From assembly GCA_964412585.1 (NCBI GenBank), contig CAYPPJ010000001.1, positions 149,334 to 213,333 of the forward strand: a stretch of 64,000 nt of DNA, written 5' to 3'. Shown piece by piece: positions 27,490 to 36,765 of this stretch (its first letter is position 1; each line of letters opens with the position of its first letter). The notes under the pieces are model-generated. The model saw nothing but the letters and a program-made list of their open reading frames with translations, was not told the origin of the DNA and made no database searches. The stretch comes from an uncultured Candidatus Saccharibacteria bacterium. Lineage in GTDB: Bacteria; Patescibacteriota; Minisyncoccia; Phycocordibacterales; PALSA-1337. A program made the translations under genes and the position numbers.

Positions 27490-28542
27490 ATGAAAAAAAT
27501 AATTGCTGTCAGTATCATTGTAATACTCATTATTGTTGTACTCGTTTTTCGTAGTAAAGAAATCCCCAATGACACCATCGCCACAAATACCATAGGGGCC
27601 ATCATGCCTCTTTCAGGACCTGCAGGTAGCCTCGGTGAAGGTCTGAAACGTGCTCTCGATATGGCAGTTCTCAAAAACACAAAGCTTGTGTATGCAGATG
27701 ACGAATGTAATACCGCCAAAGCTATTAGTGCGTACAATAGTCTCAAAGCACAGCAAGTCAAAATCTACTTTGTCGCCTGCAGCGGCAGCGTCATGGCTTT
27801 AGCGCCTCTTGCAAAAGCTGACAATAATCTGGTCATTACCGGCTACGCAGGGTCATCAGAAATTCGTACAACAGGTGATGAAGTTATCCGTTTTGATCCG
27901 GACGCAGTTTCTATTGTAAACGCACTCGTCAAAGAGCTGACAGCACCAGAATGGACAACCAAGAAATTTGCCATTCTTCACGAAAAACAAGACTACGCGC
28001 AGTCAGCTGTCGATGCGCTCAAAAGCAGATTTGGCGATCAGATCGTCATGACAGAATCATATCAGGCGGCTGACATCTCAATGAAAACTCAGATTACCAA
28101 GATTAAAGGCAGCGGTGCTGAGGCAATTATATTTGTACCGGTAAGTGACAAGGCGTCAGATATTGTTCTCAAAGAAATGAGGGATCTTGGTATTTCGATT
28201 CCTGTTGTAGGAGAAGTAAATCTTTGCGGCTTTACCGCACAACCATCAAACTTTGGACTCCATGGCTTTTGTCTCAATCAAAAAATCGATACCGAAGGTG
28301 CGCGAACTTTTGAAGCTGATTACCTAAAAACATACGGTATCGCTAGCCAATATCCCGTCAATGACAGTGTCTCATATGATTCAGTACAGATAACGGATAA
28401 CCTCATCGGTCAAGGCATACAGACTATTTCTGGGCTTAAAAAGGCTCTTCTCAAGGGAGTCCAGGGCAATATCATGGACTACGAGTTCGAACCAAATGGC
28501 GAGGTATTGGACAGAGGATATTTCGTCAAGGAAACATACTAA
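27490..28542 (+). CDS. periplasmic substrate-binding protein (type 1, LivJ/branched-chain amino acid-binding-like), orphan
   Basis: N-terminal TM/signal. IGAIMPLSGPAGSLGEGLKRALDMAV and the downstream fold pattern fit Peripla_BP_6. No permease or ATPase genes are adjacent. Confidence 0.7.
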   Translation: MKKIIAVSIIVILIIVVLVFRSKEIPNDTIATNTIGAIMPLSGPAGSLGEGLKRALDMAVLKNTKLVYADDECNTAKAISAYNSLKAQQVKIYFVACSGSVMALAPLAKADNNLVITGYAGSSEIRTTGDEVIRFDPDAVSIVNALVKELTAPEWTTKKFAILHEKQDYAQSAVDALKSRFGDQIVMTESYQAADISMKTQITKIKGSGAEAIIFVPVSDKASDIVLKEMRDLGISIPVVGEVNLCGFTAQPSNFGLHGFCLNQKIDTEGARTFEADYLKTYGIASQYPVNDSVSYDSVQITDNLIGQGIQTISGLKKALLKGVQGNIMDYEFEPNGEVLDRGYFVKETY

Positions 28543-28587
28543 AAAGTGAAGTTTGTTTTACAGCCACAAAGGTGAAATAATGAATCC

Positions 28588-29226
28588 ATGAAAGTCACCA
28601 AACTCGGTCATTGCTGTCTCCTCATAGAAATCCGCGGTATCCGCTTCCTTACGGATCCTGGTAGTTATACGACTGAACAGAACACTGTCACCGGTATTCA
28701 TTATATCGTGATTAGCCATGAACATACTGACCACCTTCATATCGATTCACTCAAGACAGTGCTCAAGAATAATCCTGATGCAAAAGTGATTTGTAATAAC
28801 GGTGTTGGCGCGAAATTAACAGCCGAATCAATACCATTCACTCTTATTGAAGACGGCGTTGAATTGGAACTCAGTGGTGTAACTCTTACAGGGCATGGTA
28901 CAAAACACGCGCCCATTTATAAAGAGTATGAACAAGTCGAGAATACGGGCATTATGTATGATGGAAAATTATTCAATCCTGGTGACTCATTTCACAATCC
29001 TAATATTCCTGTAGATATTTTGGCGCTTCCTGTTACGGGACCTTGGTGCACCATAGCTCACGCAGTCAATTACGCCCTTGAAATAAAACCTCGCGTCGCA
29101 TTCCCTGTTCATGATGGAAATCTCAAACGTCAAAATGGTATCACTGTGCGCTTGCCGGGCATTGAGTTGCCAAAGGCAGGTATCAATTTTGTTGCCATAG
29201 AATTAGGTAAAGAAACAGAATTTTGA
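28588..29226 (+). CDS. MBL-fold metallo-hydrolase
   Basis: HxHxDH motif (ISHEHTDHLH) with downstream His/Asp ligands. Confidence 0.8.
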   Translation: MKVTKLGHCCLLIEIRGIRFLTDPGSYTTEQNTVTGIHYIVISHEHTDHLHIDSLKTVLKNNPDAKVICNNGVGAKLTAESIPFTLIEDGVELELSGVTLTGHGTKHAPIYKEYEQVENTGIMYDGKLFNPGDSFHNPNIPVDILALPVTGPWCTIAHAVNYALEIKPRVAFPVHDGNLKRQNGITVRLPGIELPKAGINFVAIELGKETEF

Positions 29227-29238
29227 TAGCGTATTCAT

Positions 29239-30330
29239 ATGAAGAAGCATAGCCCTTTGAGCATCGTCATGACCACCCTTCTAGTGGTTGCTTTTGGTTG
29301 GGGGACAACATATCTCATTGCGAGCGGTATCAAGGCACTCGGACCAAAAACTATTCTTGTTGAATCAGTGCCCCAAAAGGCTGCGATGCTGGAGGCCACG
29401 GTCGTCAATCCAACGGTCCCCGAACCAAAAAAATCGATATCTTCGATTACGATTATGATGGGAGGTGACATTATGATGGATCGAAATATTCGTGCGTTGG
29501 GTGAAAAAAATGGCTACGAGACACTCTTTGACGAGCCTGTCGCCACGTTATTCAAACAAGCAGATATCGCGGTGGCAAATCTTGAGGGACCAATCACTTC
29601 CAACCCATCAAAAAATCTTATCAACGGCAAACCAATAGAAGTTCTTCAGTTCACCTTTTCACCAAAATCACGGGCAGCTCTAACGGCTGCTGGATTCGAT
29701 ATTGTCAGTCTCGCAAATAATCATACAGACAACTTTGGCCTACTCGGATTCAAGGAAACTCAGGATTGGCTCACTGATTCGCAACTATCTTGGTTTGGAA
29801 ATCCGTGGAACAGCACCTCATCATCGATTATGCGCGACACGCCAAGTGATGATAAATCCCCTATTACCACTGTCGTAACAAAAAACGGCATTACAGTAGC
29901 CTTTATCGGGTATCATTCATTCCAAAAAGGCGTCGATAAAGTCATGAGTGAAATCAGGCGTGTTTCAGGCCCCCAAGTATTTACCATTGTGATGCCTCAC
30001 TGGGGTGAAGAGTACGTAGCAACTTCTTCGGAAAAAATGAAAGGACTTGCGACCGCATTCATCAACGCAGGAGCAGATGCAGTTATCGGTGCTCATCCCC
30101 ACGTCATCATGAACCAAGATTGGATCGATGGTGTTCCCGTCCTATATTCACTCGGAAATCTGTTGTTTGATCAATATTTCTCACCAGAGGTTTCAAAAGG
30201 TATGATTGCCGAACTTTATATCGTGAAAGATTCTTCAAGTGTTCATCTTGAGAAACTCTCCACTCACATTATTCGTCTTGTCCGCGGACAAGGCACCGTG
30301 CTTGAGGACGGTACGACGAGTATGAGATAA
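29239..30330 (+). CDS. CapA/PgsA-family metallophosphatase-like protein (poly-gamma-glutamate capsule synthesis family)
   Basis: N-terminal TM. Motifs GGDIMMDR, VANLEGPIT, SLANNHTDNFG, MPHWGEEY, GAHPHV. Confidence 0.8.
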   Translation: MKKHSPLSIVMTTLLVVAFGWGTTYLIASGIKALGPKTILVESVPQKAAMLEATVVNPTVPEPKKSISSITIMMGGDIMMDRNIRALGEKNGYETLFDEPVATLFKQADIAVANLEGPITSNPSKNLINGKPIEVLQFTFSPKSRAALTAAGFDIVSLANNHTDNFGLLGFKETQDWLTDSQLSWFGNPWNSTSSSIMRDTPSDDKSPITTVVTKNGITVAFIGYHSFQKGVDKVMSEIRRVSGPQVFTIVMPHWGEEYVATSSEKMKGLATAFINAGADAVIGAHPHVIMNQDWIDGVPVLYSLGNLLFDQYFSPEVSKGMIAELYIVKDSSSVHLEKLSTHIIRLVRGQGTVLEDGTTSMR

Positions 30331-30356
30331 TATCTTTATAATTAATCACAAGTATT

Positions 30357-30659
30357 ATGAAAGGATTTATTCAATTCATTCGAACACAAGGTGTCGTTGG
30401 CCTCGCTGTTGGTTTTATCCTCGGCAAAGCCGTCTCTGATGTTGTAGGGTCCATTGTTACCGATATTATCAACCCCATCATTGGTATCGCCCTTCACAAT
30501 TTTGGTGACCTCTCCGCACTATCACTTCATGTGCTTTCCGCCAACATTACTTACGGAAAATTCATCAGTATTTTGATTAATTTCGTGATCGTAGCACTCG
30601 TGGTCTATTACGGCGTCAAAAAACTCAAGCTTGACCGCCTTGATACGCCAAAACAATAA
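30357..30659 (+). CDS. mscL: large-conductance mechanosensitive channel MscL
   Basis: MKGFIQFIRTQGVVGLAVGFILGKA...IINPIIG. Two TM helices, about 100 aa. Confidence 0.8.
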   Translation: MKGFIQFIRTQGVVGLAVGFILGKAVSDVVGSIVTDIINPIIGIALHNFGDLSALSLHVLSANITYGKFISILINFVIVALVVYYGVKKLKLDRLDTPKQ

Positions 30660-30794
30660 GAGTGGCTGCGGAGGTTTAAAAACTGGATTTTTTCGTTATT
30701 TTTGCTATAGTTTGGGTGTTGCAGGAAATGTGATGGTTAAATGAAAATTTTGCACGAAAATTTTCCACGGCTTACGCCGTAGAAAATCTTTCGA

Positions 30795-30825
30795 CGCGAA
30801 TTTTCTTAGGAAATGAAAATTCGCG
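30795..30825 (+). promoter_or_regulatory. 11-bp perfect inverted repeat (CGCGAATTTTC-N9-GAAAATTCGCG) abutting and overlapping tRNA-Val 5' end
   Basis: Seen directly in the sequence. Palindromic GAAAATTTTC-like motifs also lie upstream (30741-30770). Confidence 0.3.
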
Positions 30826-30895
30826 CGGTTAGCTCAGTTGGTAGAGCATCCCCTTGACGTGGGGAGGGTCACAGGTTCGAATCCTGTATCGCGCA
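30823..30895 (+). tRNA. tRNA-Val (GAC), CCA not encoded
   Basis: Acceptor GCGCGGT/ATCGCGC, D arm GCTC-AGTTGGTA-GAGC, anticodon loop TTGACGT, T arm ACAGG-TTCGAAT-CCTGT. 73 nt. Confidence 0.85.
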
Positions 30896-30925
30896 CAGTC
30901 TATAGATACTTAAACTTTCATATTA

Positions 30926-31258
30926 ATGAATCAGCGAAGTGACATTTTGACCCGTATAGCTATCGCTCTTATTGTTTTAGCAATTTTTACTTTTATAAAT
31001 TACCAGTTCTTTTTTAGCAATTACCTCGACAGGGACGGGCTAACCATATACATGACACCACTCATCCTTCCTATGATGCTTTGTATTATCTACCCCAAAA
31101 AAGAACATAGGAATCTATTATTTATTGCACTTTCTATTCCGGCGATTGTGGTAACAGCAATGGCAACGCGTTTTCCAGATACTGGAGGACTTGTTCTCAT
31201 ACCATACACCTTAGTCCTATTTGTCATTTTTCTGATACTTGGACGTTTTTTAAAATAA
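30926..31258 (+). CDS. hypothetical membrane protein (3-4 TM)
   Basis: 110-aa hydrophobic ORF. No recognisable family. Confidence 0.45.
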   Translation: MNQRSDILTRIAIALIVLAIFTFINYQFFFSNYLDRDGLTIYMTPLILPMMLCIIYPKKEHRNLLFIALSIPAIVVTAMATRFPDTGGLVLIPYTLVLFVIFLILGRFLK

Positions 31259-31275
31259 TTTAATAGCTGAGCACT

Positions 31276-31890
31276 ATGACTAATGTGCGCATGAGTTTGA
31301 ATAGGGCCATCCGAACCATCGGCGTTGACTTCGACGATGTTCTACATGATTTTAACAATTCACTTCACCAATATCACAACAAAAAATATGGCACAACAGT
31401 CAAGCGTGAGGATATAGTTACGTATGACATTGAAAAAATATGGAGCTGTACTCGTGATGAAGCAGTCGAAAAGGTGCACACTTTTTACCGCACACCAGAG
31501 CATGATGAAACTATGCCGCTTGAAGGTTCGCAGGAAGTAATAGGACTTTTGGCGCAAAAATATGATTTGCATATTATTACTTCACGCATTGATGAAATAA
31601 AAGAGCTTACACTAAAATGGCTCGAGCAACATTTTCCTGGCGCATTCACTTCAGTTGAATTTATTAACCACTTCGGATCTTCGTCAGGAACTAAAAGAAC
31701 TAAAGCCGATGTCTGTACCCAATTATCAGTGGACTTGATGATTGAGGACTCACTGGAGCATGCGCACGCTATTTCTGCATGCGGTATACCAGTGATCCTC
31801 ATTGATTGCCCTTGGAATCAAGGTGTTCTACCTTCGAACGTATACCGAGTAAAATCATGGAAAGATATCAGTGAAATGTTGCTTGGCTAA
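31276..31890 (+). CDS. HAD-superfamily 5'(3')-deoxyribonucleotidase-like hydrolase
   Basis: N-terminal DxD motif in IGVDFDDVLHDF, with downstream HAD motifs. Confidence 0.6.
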   Translation: MTNVRMSLNRAIRTIGVDFDDVLHDFNNSLHQYHNKKYGTTVKREDIVTYDIEKIWSCTRDEAVEKVHTFYRTPEHDETMPLEGSQEVIGLLAQKYDLHIITSRIDEIKELTLKWLEQHFPGAFTSVEFINHFGSSSGTKRTKADVCTQLSVDLMIEDSLEHAHAISACGIPVILIDCPWNQGVLPSNVYRVKSWKDISEMLLG

Positions 31891-31912
31891 CCGAGCATGA
31901 TATAGTGGCTCC

Positions 31913-33061
31913 ATGTATATATTAGGCATCGAGACATCCTGCGATGAAACCGCCCTGGCTCTGATTGAGACGCGCGGCTCTGGTGACACTTTCGAGTGTC
32001 GTGTCCTTTCTTCGCTCATACACTCTCAAGCCGAACTCCATAGTCCGTATGGTGGTGTATTTCCTACGCTTGCAAAGCGCGAGCATGAAAAGAACTTGCC
32101 GATACTATTAAAAGAATTGATGGCCACCACCTCCAGTGTAAAAATTGACGCGATCGCCGTTACTGAAGGACCTGGCCTCGAACCGGCATTGTGGACTGGT
32201 ATCGTTTTTGCTGAACAATTGGCCAAGGAATGGAATGTACCGATTATTCCAGTCAATCATATGGAAGGACATGTGATCGGATCACTGTTGAAGTCAGATG
32301 CTCCACAAGGAGAATGGCAATCGTTACTTCCCCTCAATATGCCTGCGTTGGCATTACTCATCAGTGGTGGGCATACAGAGCTGGTAACCATTGAGCGTGG
32401 AGAGGAACGGATGGAGCACACATCCTCTCCGAGCTTGCGGGCGCTTCGCTGGTCGCATTCCTCAGCTCTTCGAGGACGTGTGCTCCACCCGTTCCGATAC
32501 ACTATTATAGGTCAAACCAAAGACGATGCTGTCGGTGAAGCATTCGATAAGACTGCGCGGCTTCTCGGTATCCCATATCCAGGTGGACCACGTCTATCTG
32601 CACTCGCGCAAGAAGCACGATCAGAAAAAATAGAATCACCGGTCAAACTCCCCCGCCCCATGATTTCTAGTAAGGATTTGGATTTTTCATTTTCAGGACT
32701 CAAAACTGCTGTCTTGTATGCTGTTCGCGATGCAGAGTCCACAGGCACCTTTACTGACACGTTCAAAAAAGGGCTGGCTCGAGAGTTTGAAGATGCGGTC
32801 GTTGAGACACTAAGCGTAAAACTGCGCAAAGCTATAGACCAGGTTGGGGCTCAAACAGTCATTATTGGGGGTGGCGTGAGCGCAAATATGGCACTACGGA
32901 CTCAATTTGAGGCTATTGCAGCAGAATATGGCATACCGCTCTATCAACCCTCCCGACACATTTCAGGTGACAATGCGCTCATGATTGCGCTTGCTGGCGC
33001 ATTCAATATACCTACAGATCGTGCACTCAAGGCACATGGGACGAAACGGCTTGGAAACTAA
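31913..33061 (+). CDS. tsaD: tRNA N6-adenosine threonylcarbamoyltransferase TsaD, with ~31-aa in-frame insertion
   Basis: MYILGIETSCDET, HMEGHV, SGGHTEL...DDAVGEAFDKTARLLG. Extra segment RGEERMEHTSSPSLRALRWSHSSALRGRVLHPF lies between GGHTEL and the conserved GxT.DDA motif. Confidence 0.85.
   Translation: MYILGIETSCDETALALIETRGSGDTFECRVLSSLIHSQAELHSPYGGVFPTLAKREHEKNLPILLKELMATTSSVKIDAIAVTEGPGLEPALWTGIVFAEQLAKEWNVPIIPVNHMEGHVIGSLLKSDAPQGEWQSLLPLNMPALALLISGGHTELVTIERGEERMEHTSSPSLRALRWSHSSALRGRVLHPFRYTIIGQTKDDAVGEAFDKTARLLGIPYPGGPRLSALAQEARSEKIESPVKLPRPMISSKDLDFSFSGLKTAVLYAVRDAESTGTFTDTFKKGLAREFEDAVVETLSVKLRKAIDQVGAQTVIIGGGVSANMALRTQFEAIAAEYGIPLYQPSRHISGDNALMIALAGAFNIPTDRALKAHGTKRLGN
32404..32495. 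repeat. 92-bp element bounded by 18-bp inverted repeats (GGAACGGATGGAGCACAC / GTGTGCTCCACCCGTTCC, 17/18) inserted in-frame in tsaD
   Basis: Inverted repeats read directly from the sequence. Coincides with the non-homologous protein insert. Confidence 0.5.
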
Positions 33062-33084
33062 ATACTCCACGTATTTCTATACGC

Positions 33085-33113
33085 AAAAATCACGCCATGG
33101 TGGCGTGATTTTT
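33085..33113. terminator. bidirectional rho-independent terminator
   Basis: AAAAATCACGCCA-tgg-TGGCGTGATTTTT. Lies between convergent tsaD and the 33137 gene. Confidence 0.65.
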
Positions 33114-33136
33114 GTGAGAGGTTCAAGTAGTGATTA

Positions 33137-34054
33137 TTACTGGAAGAGTTCTTTGATGAAATTCCAGAAGCGAGAGAGGACTGATGTTCTGCCGACTGCA
33201 GCAACGTTGTCATTGTCCTGAGTCTCAGTAGTACCAACTTCCAACGTACCCGTGGTAGAAGCGGTAGTTGAGTCGGTTTGTCCGATCTCAGTAGACTGTT
33301 CAGATGAATTATCACGGCGCTTTTTGTATGCGTCAATAATAGCTTGTTCATCAGCCGTCAATGTAAATCGTGAAGTACATGCAATCTCATTGATTACCTT
33401 GATCGTGGTGATGTAGGCGAAACCTGATGGCTGAGAAGCCTCCCAAGGTCCGAGAATCAATTCTGCATATCTCTGTTGGAAAGCCATAACTGCGGCTTCG
33501 GTCTTTTTGTCAAAAGTACCATTTACATCTACGTCAAGCTTCTCAACATTCTTGAGGAATGCCTGGAGCTTACTGACCTGAATCTGGTTGTTTGCACCGC
33601 CAAATTTGAGGTAGTCGGTAATAAGTGGGCATGAAGCAGGAGCTACTGTAGTAGCAGGCAAAGTAGTAGTCGACGCAACTGACAAAACAGTTACTGTGCT
33701 ACCATTTGAACCTGAAGGAACAAAACCTCCTCCGCCTGTTGTACCACCGGTGTTACCACCAGTATTGTCTCCGCCGCCAGTGTCTACTGGCGTCTGAGGT
33801 GTTGGAGCATCATCTTCACCATTTGATGATGAAGGTGTTGTATTTCCGCCAGTCTGCTCGTTCTGGGCTGGAGGGGTGACCGCATCATCACTACCGTTAT
33901 CGACGGTAGGATTTGTTGTCTCTGAAGGGGTGGTGATAACAGGTGTTACCGCATCATCACTGCCATTGGTCGTATCTGCTGAAACAGAAGAAACTCCTGC
34001 AACAAATACGAGGAGAAAGGCCGCAAAAGCTATTAATGTAAGGTTATTTTTCAT
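33137..34054 (-). CDS. secreted protein with NGSDDAVTP repeats, Gly/Thr-rich linker and peptidoglycan-binding-like domain
   Basis: Signal peptide. Repeated DNGSDDAVTP. GGNTGGTTGGGG linker. VSKLQAFLKNV...NGTFDKKTEAAVMAFQQRY resembles PG_binding_1. Confidence 0.6.
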   Translation of the reverse strand: MKNNLTLIAFAAFLLVFVAGVSSVSADTTNGSDDAVTPVITTPSETTNPTVDNGSDDAVTPPAQNEQTGGNTTPSSSNGEDDAPTPQTPVDTGGGDNTGGNTGGTTGGGGFVPSGSNGSTVTVLSVASTTTLPATTVAPASCPLITDYLKFGGANNQIQVSKLQAFLKNVEKLDVDVNGTFDKKTEAAVMAFQQRYAELILGPWEASQPSGFAYITTIKVINEIACTSRFTLTADEQAIIDAYKKRRDNSSEQSTEIGQTDSTTASTTGTLEVGTTETQDNDNVAAVGRTSVLSRFWNFIKELFQ

Positions 34055-34120
34055 ATGGATACGCTATCATTCTTACTACTTGGTAATGAAGAGAAGCTAT
34101 CATATATATGGTATTTTGTC

Positions 34121-34156
34121 AATGAAAAAGGCCTTCCCGCCGAAGCAAGGAAGGCC
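34121..34156 (-). terminator. rho-independent terminator
   Basis: GGCCTTCC-N11-GGAAGGCC followed by TTTTTCATT on the minus strand. Confidence 0.5.
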
Positions 34157-34175
34157 CTGAAAAAGAACGATGCGA

Positions 34176-35297
34176 TCAGAGGTCGGGAGGTGGTGCTGAC
34201 CACGTCCGACGCGCTTTGAGGCGGAAATACCGTTCCGAATTGACGCTCGGGTAGTCACGGTAGCCCTGACTCCCCAGTTGGAGCGACTCGCCAATGATTT
34301 TGAGCCATGGAGCTCCTGTAAGGTTCTCCGCCGACTCGATGTCGTAGGAGAAGCTATACTGGCCACCGATCATGACGACCCGCGCCATGGTGGGCGTATA
34401 GCGGTATGCAAGCAATGATGGCACTGCAGCAACCGCGAGCTCACTGGCGACCGTGGCGTCATTGCTGACCAGTTCAGCATGTACCCAGGGCACCGGCGTC
34501 GTCGCGAATTGATCCATCACATCAGTGAAGTCACCCGGCTGGTTTCCAGTAATATAAACGCTGGAGCCAAACCGAGTAAAGTAATCGATGTGCACCTGGT
34601 GTGCATATACAGGTGACGGCTGACTGCCGTCGTACACGGTATCATCACCGCCAGCCACCACTTTTCCGAGGGAAGAATTCCACGCACTGTCGAGTACACC
34701 ATTTGGGCCATAATCGACGCCAATATAGGTGAAACTGAACTGAAGTGGAGTGCCGTCCGCCGAATTGGTGCTGACCGAGAAATAACTGGGTGCAATATTG
34801 GTGATGGAAGTGGTGAGCCGAACGAAGAAATCATTCGGGTTACCTTTCCCCGCCACCGAAATGACCCAGCGGTGACCATGTTCGTCACTGGCAACATTGT
34901 TCGTGGGAGCCGGAGCGCCCATAAAACTTTTTGCCAGCGTGACAGTCCCATCAAACCATTGAAGCCCATAATTCGGCCCCCACGTTTGTGGAACGCGGTA
35001 CCATGCGGCCGGCGTTATCATCCGGTCCGTCGGCACATCGCCACCCCACATGCCCTTCACTGTATTGACACGACTTTGCGTCAGATGAGGAGATGAGAGG
35101 CTGCACATCGAGGCGATATAGATCGCACTCTCCCCAAGAGGAGCTCGCGGTGCAGGTTGGAGTTCAAGCCGGATAGGCTTGTTGACCGATTTGGGATAGG
35201 GGACGTTGTCATCCCCTCCGTTCACGACCACCAAGGTGGCCGCGTGAGTCGCCAAGGCGCATAAAAGCGCTAGTGTGACCAGCAGGTTTGTTTTCAT
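34176..35297 (-). CDS. secreted hypothetical protein (C-terminal shared module), GC-rich
   Basis: Start set at MKTNLLVTLALLCALATHA (signal peptide). C-terminus is ...IESAENLTGAPWLKIIG...ERYFRLKA. Confidence 0.55.
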   Translation of the reverse strand: MKTNLLVTLALLCALATHAATLVVVNGGDDNVPYPKSVNKPIRLELQPAPRAPLGESAIYIASMCSLSSPHLTQSRVNTVKGMWGGDVPTDRMITPAAWYRVPQTWGPNYGLQWFDGTVTLAKSFMGAPAPTNNVASDEHGHRWVISVAGKGNPNDFFVRLTTSITNIAPSYFSVSTNSADGTPLQFSFTYIGVDYGPNGVLDSAWNSSLGKVVAGGDDTVYDGSQPSPVYAHQVHIDYFTRFGSSVYITGNQPGDFTDVMDQFATTPVPWVHAELVSNDATVASELAVAAVPSLLAYRYTPTMARVVMIGGQYSFSYDIESAENLTGAPWLKIIGESLQLGSQGYRDYPSVNSERYFRLKARRTWSAPPPDL

Positions 35298-35497
35298 TTG
35301 TAGGTGCTCCACCTCACAGTATACGTATGCGCCCATTCGGGGCGCATCAAGCATGGTGTTCAAGCTCCGTAGACCGAAATTTGTGATGAGGTGGTTCCCT
35401 TGCTTTCTAGCAAAGAATTACCTTCTTGTCAAGGTCCTCTCATAGTGAACTGGGCTATGAACAGGCGCCTTGCAGGACGATTTGGTATAATGATTTC

Positions 35498-36187
35498 ATG
35501 TCCGCAACTGCTCTTCTGTACGCTATTCTTTCAGGTGTCCTCCCCTCTTTTATTTGGCTCTTCTTTTGGCTTCGTGAGGACCGACAACATCCTGAACCAC
35601 GGTCCTTACTCGTAGCATGTTTCTTCGGTGGTATCCTTGCCGTTGGCGCCGCCGCATTCTCAGAACAATACGTTGCTGATATATACAGCGATTCGACTAC
35701 GCGCTATATATTATGGGCAGCAATCGAAGAAATTCTAAAGTTTATCGCCATCGCAGCAATCGGTCTTCGATCATTATCAAATGACGAACCAATAGATGCC
35801 ATGATTTACTGTATCGTTGTCGCCATTGGGTTTGCGGCTCTTGAAAACACTCTCTTTATTATGGACCCCTTGGCTGGTGGAGAGATCGCACGAAGCATTG
35901 TGACTGGTAATATGCGTTTTATGGGCGCAACACTCCTTCACATCGTGAGTTCTGCCACTATCGGATTCTGTATCGGTTATTTCTTTTATCATGGCCGTAT
36001 TGCAAAGATTATTGCTGCCGTGGTCGGTATCGCAATTGCCATTACTATCCATGCCGCCTTCAACCTATCCATTGTGGAAGCAAGTGCAAGTGACACTCTG
36101 AAGACATTTTCCTGGATTTGGGGCGCAGTTGTGATTATGATCATCTTGTTTGAAGAAATAAAGGTTGTGCGCCCCAAACTGTGGTGA
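35498..36187 (+). CDS. PrsW-family intramembrane metalloprotease
   Basis: Multi-TM. Motifs EEILKF (EExxK), GFAALEN, LLHIVSS. Start set at the ATG at 35498. The ORF track starts at 35426. Confidence 0.65.
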   Translation: MSATALLYAILSGVLPSFIWLFFWLREDRQHPEPRSLLVACFFGGILAVGAAAFSEQYVADIYSDSTTRYILWAAIEEILKFIAIAAIGLRSLSNDEPIDAMIYCIVVAIGFAALENTLFIMDPLAGGEIARSIVTGNMRFMGATLLHIVSSATIGFCIGYFFYHGRIAKIIAAVVGIAIAITIHAAFNLSIVEASASDTLKTFSWIWGAVVIMIILFEEIKVVRPKLW

Positions 36188-36230
36188 TATAATTATCAGG
36201 AATTTTACTAAGTAGGAATTTACCATCATC

Positions 36231-36692
36231 ATGTCAAAAGAAAAGAGATCATTCTTCGAAAGGCTCACCGGCACTGTCCGCATGGAAGACGAGGCGGAAG
36301 TAAAAACGACCAAAAAAGCCGCGGTTCCCGAGCAAAATGCTTGGATCGAAGAAGAAGACAAGGATGCCGAACTCACTGTGGACGTCTACCAGACGCCCGA
36401 CATGATTGTGGTCAAATCTATGATTGCCGGCGTTCGTCCGGAAGATCTCGATGTATCTATTACTCGTGATCAAGTCACTATTCGTGGCACTCGTGAAGAA
36501 GAAAAGGTTGCTCGCGATGAAGACTTTTTTGCCCGCGAACTCTTTTGGGGTTCATTTTCACGTACCATTCAGCTTCCTGAGGAGGTTGATGTTGACGAGG
36601 CCGAGGCTGTAGAGAAACATGGACTTTTGATATTGAAATTGCCAAAGCTCGACAAAAGGAGGCAGTCGAAGTTGAAGGTTAAGACGGCGTAA
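36231..36692 (+). CDS. Hsp20/alpha-crystallin family small heat shock protein
   Basis: Alpha-crystallin domain: LTVDVYQTPDMIVVKSMIAGVRPEDLDVSI...GSFSRTIQLPEEVD...AVEKHGLLILKLPK. Confidence 0.85.
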   Translation: MSKEKRSFFERLTGTVRMEDEAEVKTTKKAAVPEQNAWIEEEDKDAELTVDVYQTPDMIVVKSMIAGVRPEDLDVSITRDQVTIRGTREEEKVARDEDFFARELFWGSFSRTIQLPEEVDVDEAEAVEKHGLLILKLPKLDKRRQSKLKVKTA

Positions 36693-36713
36693 CACATAGA
36701 ATTCAAATGAAAA

Positions 36714-36747
36714 AACGGCAGGGACTTCCCTGCCGTTGTGTGTTTTG
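36714..36747. terminator. bidirectional rho-independent terminator
   Basis: AACGGCAGG-gacttc-CCTGCCGTT followed by gtgtgTTTTg. Lies between convergent genes. Confidence 0.65.
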
Positions 36748-36765
36748 AAAGTGACTACTTTTTTG

